Shown piece by piece: positions 61,511 to 64,000 of a stretch of DNA of 64,000 nucleotides. A program made the translations under genes and the position numbers. How positions within the stretch are numbered: the stretch's first letter is position 1; each line of letters begins with the position of its first letter. The notes under the pieces are model-generated. The model worked only from the letters and a program-made list of their open reading frames with translations. It did no database searches and was not told where the DNA came from. Source of the DNA: Lingula anatina (lineage: Eukaryota; Animalia; Brachiopoda). The stretch spans positions 16,120,001-16,184,000 of the forward strand of contig CM120640.1 in assembly GCA_051362555.1 (NCBI GenBank). The letters are read 5' to 3'.

Positions 61511-64000
61511 TGGTTATCGATGCTGGAAAATAGAGAAAGACAAATATCAACTAAGATTAATGCCCTGATTCTAAGCTTATTATTTCACAGACAAAAAAAA
61601 AATGAGGAAAAAATGGAAAGACGTTTTTTGCAATTTGACAATCACAAATGATGTAAATCCAATATAAGTAGCCTCCATGCATATTTTCATCGCAGTGGAG
61701 ATCAGAAATTTAATCTCCAAGCATGACGTTCTGAAGATTATCTGTTATAGAAATCAGTAAACTCTGTGGATTTGGTCAATAATAGAAATCAGGAAATTTT
61801 CCTCAGGTTTTTCTGATAAATATTGCAGTAAAGCAAAATGTAAACAGCGGAATGTAAACATCACATGCTGCGGCTTGCTTTACCCGTATCTAATACTTAA
61901 GGAAGTAAGTAAGAGAGTAATGTGATATATGTATATTCATTACGTGTCTGATACAAAAAGCCAACCACTCATTGTGAAAGCATTTGGTGGAGTCATGCTA
62001 CTCTATGTCTGCATGCTCATTTTATTAAAATCAATTAAGGTACCCTATAATTTCCTTTGTTAGCAGTAAACCAGTCTTTTTCAAGCAATAACCATCCTAT
62101 GCATTATATACCATTGAAAAGTAATGGCTACAAAACTTGAACTCATTTCCAGTAGCTAAAAATTTCTAAGTAAAAAATGTGAAAGTTCACCTGATTCTGA
62201 TCTCTGCCCACAGCATCAAGAGCCAGATCTATTCTGGGAGCTCTAAGTTGCAAAATACAAGGACTGCCTTTTATATATACATAACAAACTCTGCCTCTTT
62301 ACCTTAACGACTGCAGTTAGCCCTTGACTCATCAAATGAAACTCACTCACACAGGCTAACTGTTTTAATGTGGCCTCTTATCATCCAGGCCATAAAATAA
62401 CGCCCAAGCTATCTTCCCCCTTTTTTTTTTTTTGCATGAATGATAATAATTCTGCAGCATCATTTGATAAAGCTAAATATGACATGAGGCATGTACATAT
62501 GTTGAATGTAATAGGTTCTGCAGCCTTAATGGAGAAGGTCACAACACCCGAGGATTTAAAATACTTGACCATACTGCAGAAATCAATACTTCACTGCTTT
62601 AAAGCGGTGTAATTCTATCAATATTTTGATAAACACTCCATGACCGAGACTAATTAACACTTAAAATGGATAAAAATGTTATTACTTCACCCACGGGGCT
62701 CACTGATTGCTTCAGTAATAAATCCCTTGTCAACTTTTTTATGAAGAGCAGTGTTGAATATATATGAGTCTGGGCCATTTCATAAAAAATTTCATTTATT
62801 CATTTATTTATTTATTCATTTATGTTTTTATCTCTCAAACTGAACTTTTCCTTAGGTCTTTTTAATTTAATTGGTAAATGTGGTAAACAATTTAAGGAAG
62901 GTTAAAAATTATATTACTGAAGGCAAAAATAATATGTGAAATGGCCTGACATATATTTTCAAATCTTATATAAACCATTCTTAATGAAAAATCATTCTTT
63001 TATGATGCTATCCCCAGAACTTTAAGTTTAGACAGGAGGTATTTCTCTTCAGTACTTGATTTGTTTCTAAGAAGAAGCACCAACTTATAACCAAGTAACT
63101 TAGTATTACTAGTAAACATTTGGTAGAAACACGATACTTCAACCTGCTTTAATAATATTTTCCAAATTCATACCAAAACAAAGATGAGTTTTGAAATAAA
63201 ATTACCTGTTCAAAGCTAATTAGACAATGAATTGGACCAATCTATCGATCAGATTTATACAACAGTAGCTTGACAATGGTGACAGGCATTCTTGTGAATG
63301 TATCTTACCTTTGTCACGGTCCAGCACAGTCAACTAAAAATTTCATGCAACTTTCCTTTTACGCCACTACCAGGAACATACTCCTCATATGACAGACACA
63401 ATGAGAACAAAGCTATGTAAACAACTTCAAATTCCTCAATGTCAATCGAGTGACGTATCTAGATAGATCCTTGGTCAATCCCTTTCATAACATTGCAATA
63501 AATATCTCCATGGCAGAAGCAGCACAGGAGAAAACTGTACACCACACATCCTTGATGATTAAGAGTTGCCACTCTGTAGGTAAAGTACAGTAATTAAATC
63601 ACAAAATCCTTATGGCAGTCCAGGAAGTGTTTCCCTCTATGGCTCAAGAATGTGTGCCCGACCCCTCACTAACCATGTAATAATACCCATATCTCAGGTG
63701 ATAAAGGGTGTTAGAGGAGAGAATAAGGTACACTGATGGTTACCAATGTGGCAGACGTGTAATTAGTGCAATTAAGAGTCTGGGCTTAAGGTCATAGGTC
63801 AGATTCCGTAACCCCATACCTTTAGGTCAGATAGCCTTTGTGAGTACACCAAAGGTGTGCGAGTCAAGAGCCTTAAAAGTTCAGTAGAATACCATATTTT
63901 ATGGGGATATTTCTACTCCTTAAAATCAATGTAATAAATACAGAAGTGAGCAATCAAAATTCCCTTTATAACACTTGATGGTTATTTAGCTTCGAGTAAA

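Overview
AT-rich, intron-rich animal genomic DNA; a lophotrochozoan such as a mollusc is my guess from repeat style only. I reconstructed three spliced genes by hand, with reading-frame phase consistent at every junction. (1) Minus strand: the 5' 10 coding exons (335-26742) of a PLCL/PRIP phospholipase C-like gene, which runs off the left edge. (2) Plus strand, head-to-head with it: a complete USP44/USP49-type deubiquitinase (16 coding exons, 30700-44127, 686 aa). (3) Minus strand, convergent with the USP gene: a complete RIPOR/FAM65 CDS (19 exons, 47332-61510, 1023 aa). Highlights: an AT-AC minor-spliceosome (U12) intron in PLCL (8964-12201) that holds a long-TIR foldback element and a second cluster of U12-like signals. 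Also a ~3.3-kb non-autonomous Helentron/HINE-like composite element 28 nt upstream of the last USP acceptor. It carries an 817-bp duplicated 5' module, a nested TA-flanked MITE built from 20-bp palindromes, and ~7 copies of a 146-bp satellite with TGACCT direct repeats. Several other MITEs (one nested) and microsatellites are present. Most entries in the supplied ORF track are spurious or are exon fragments.
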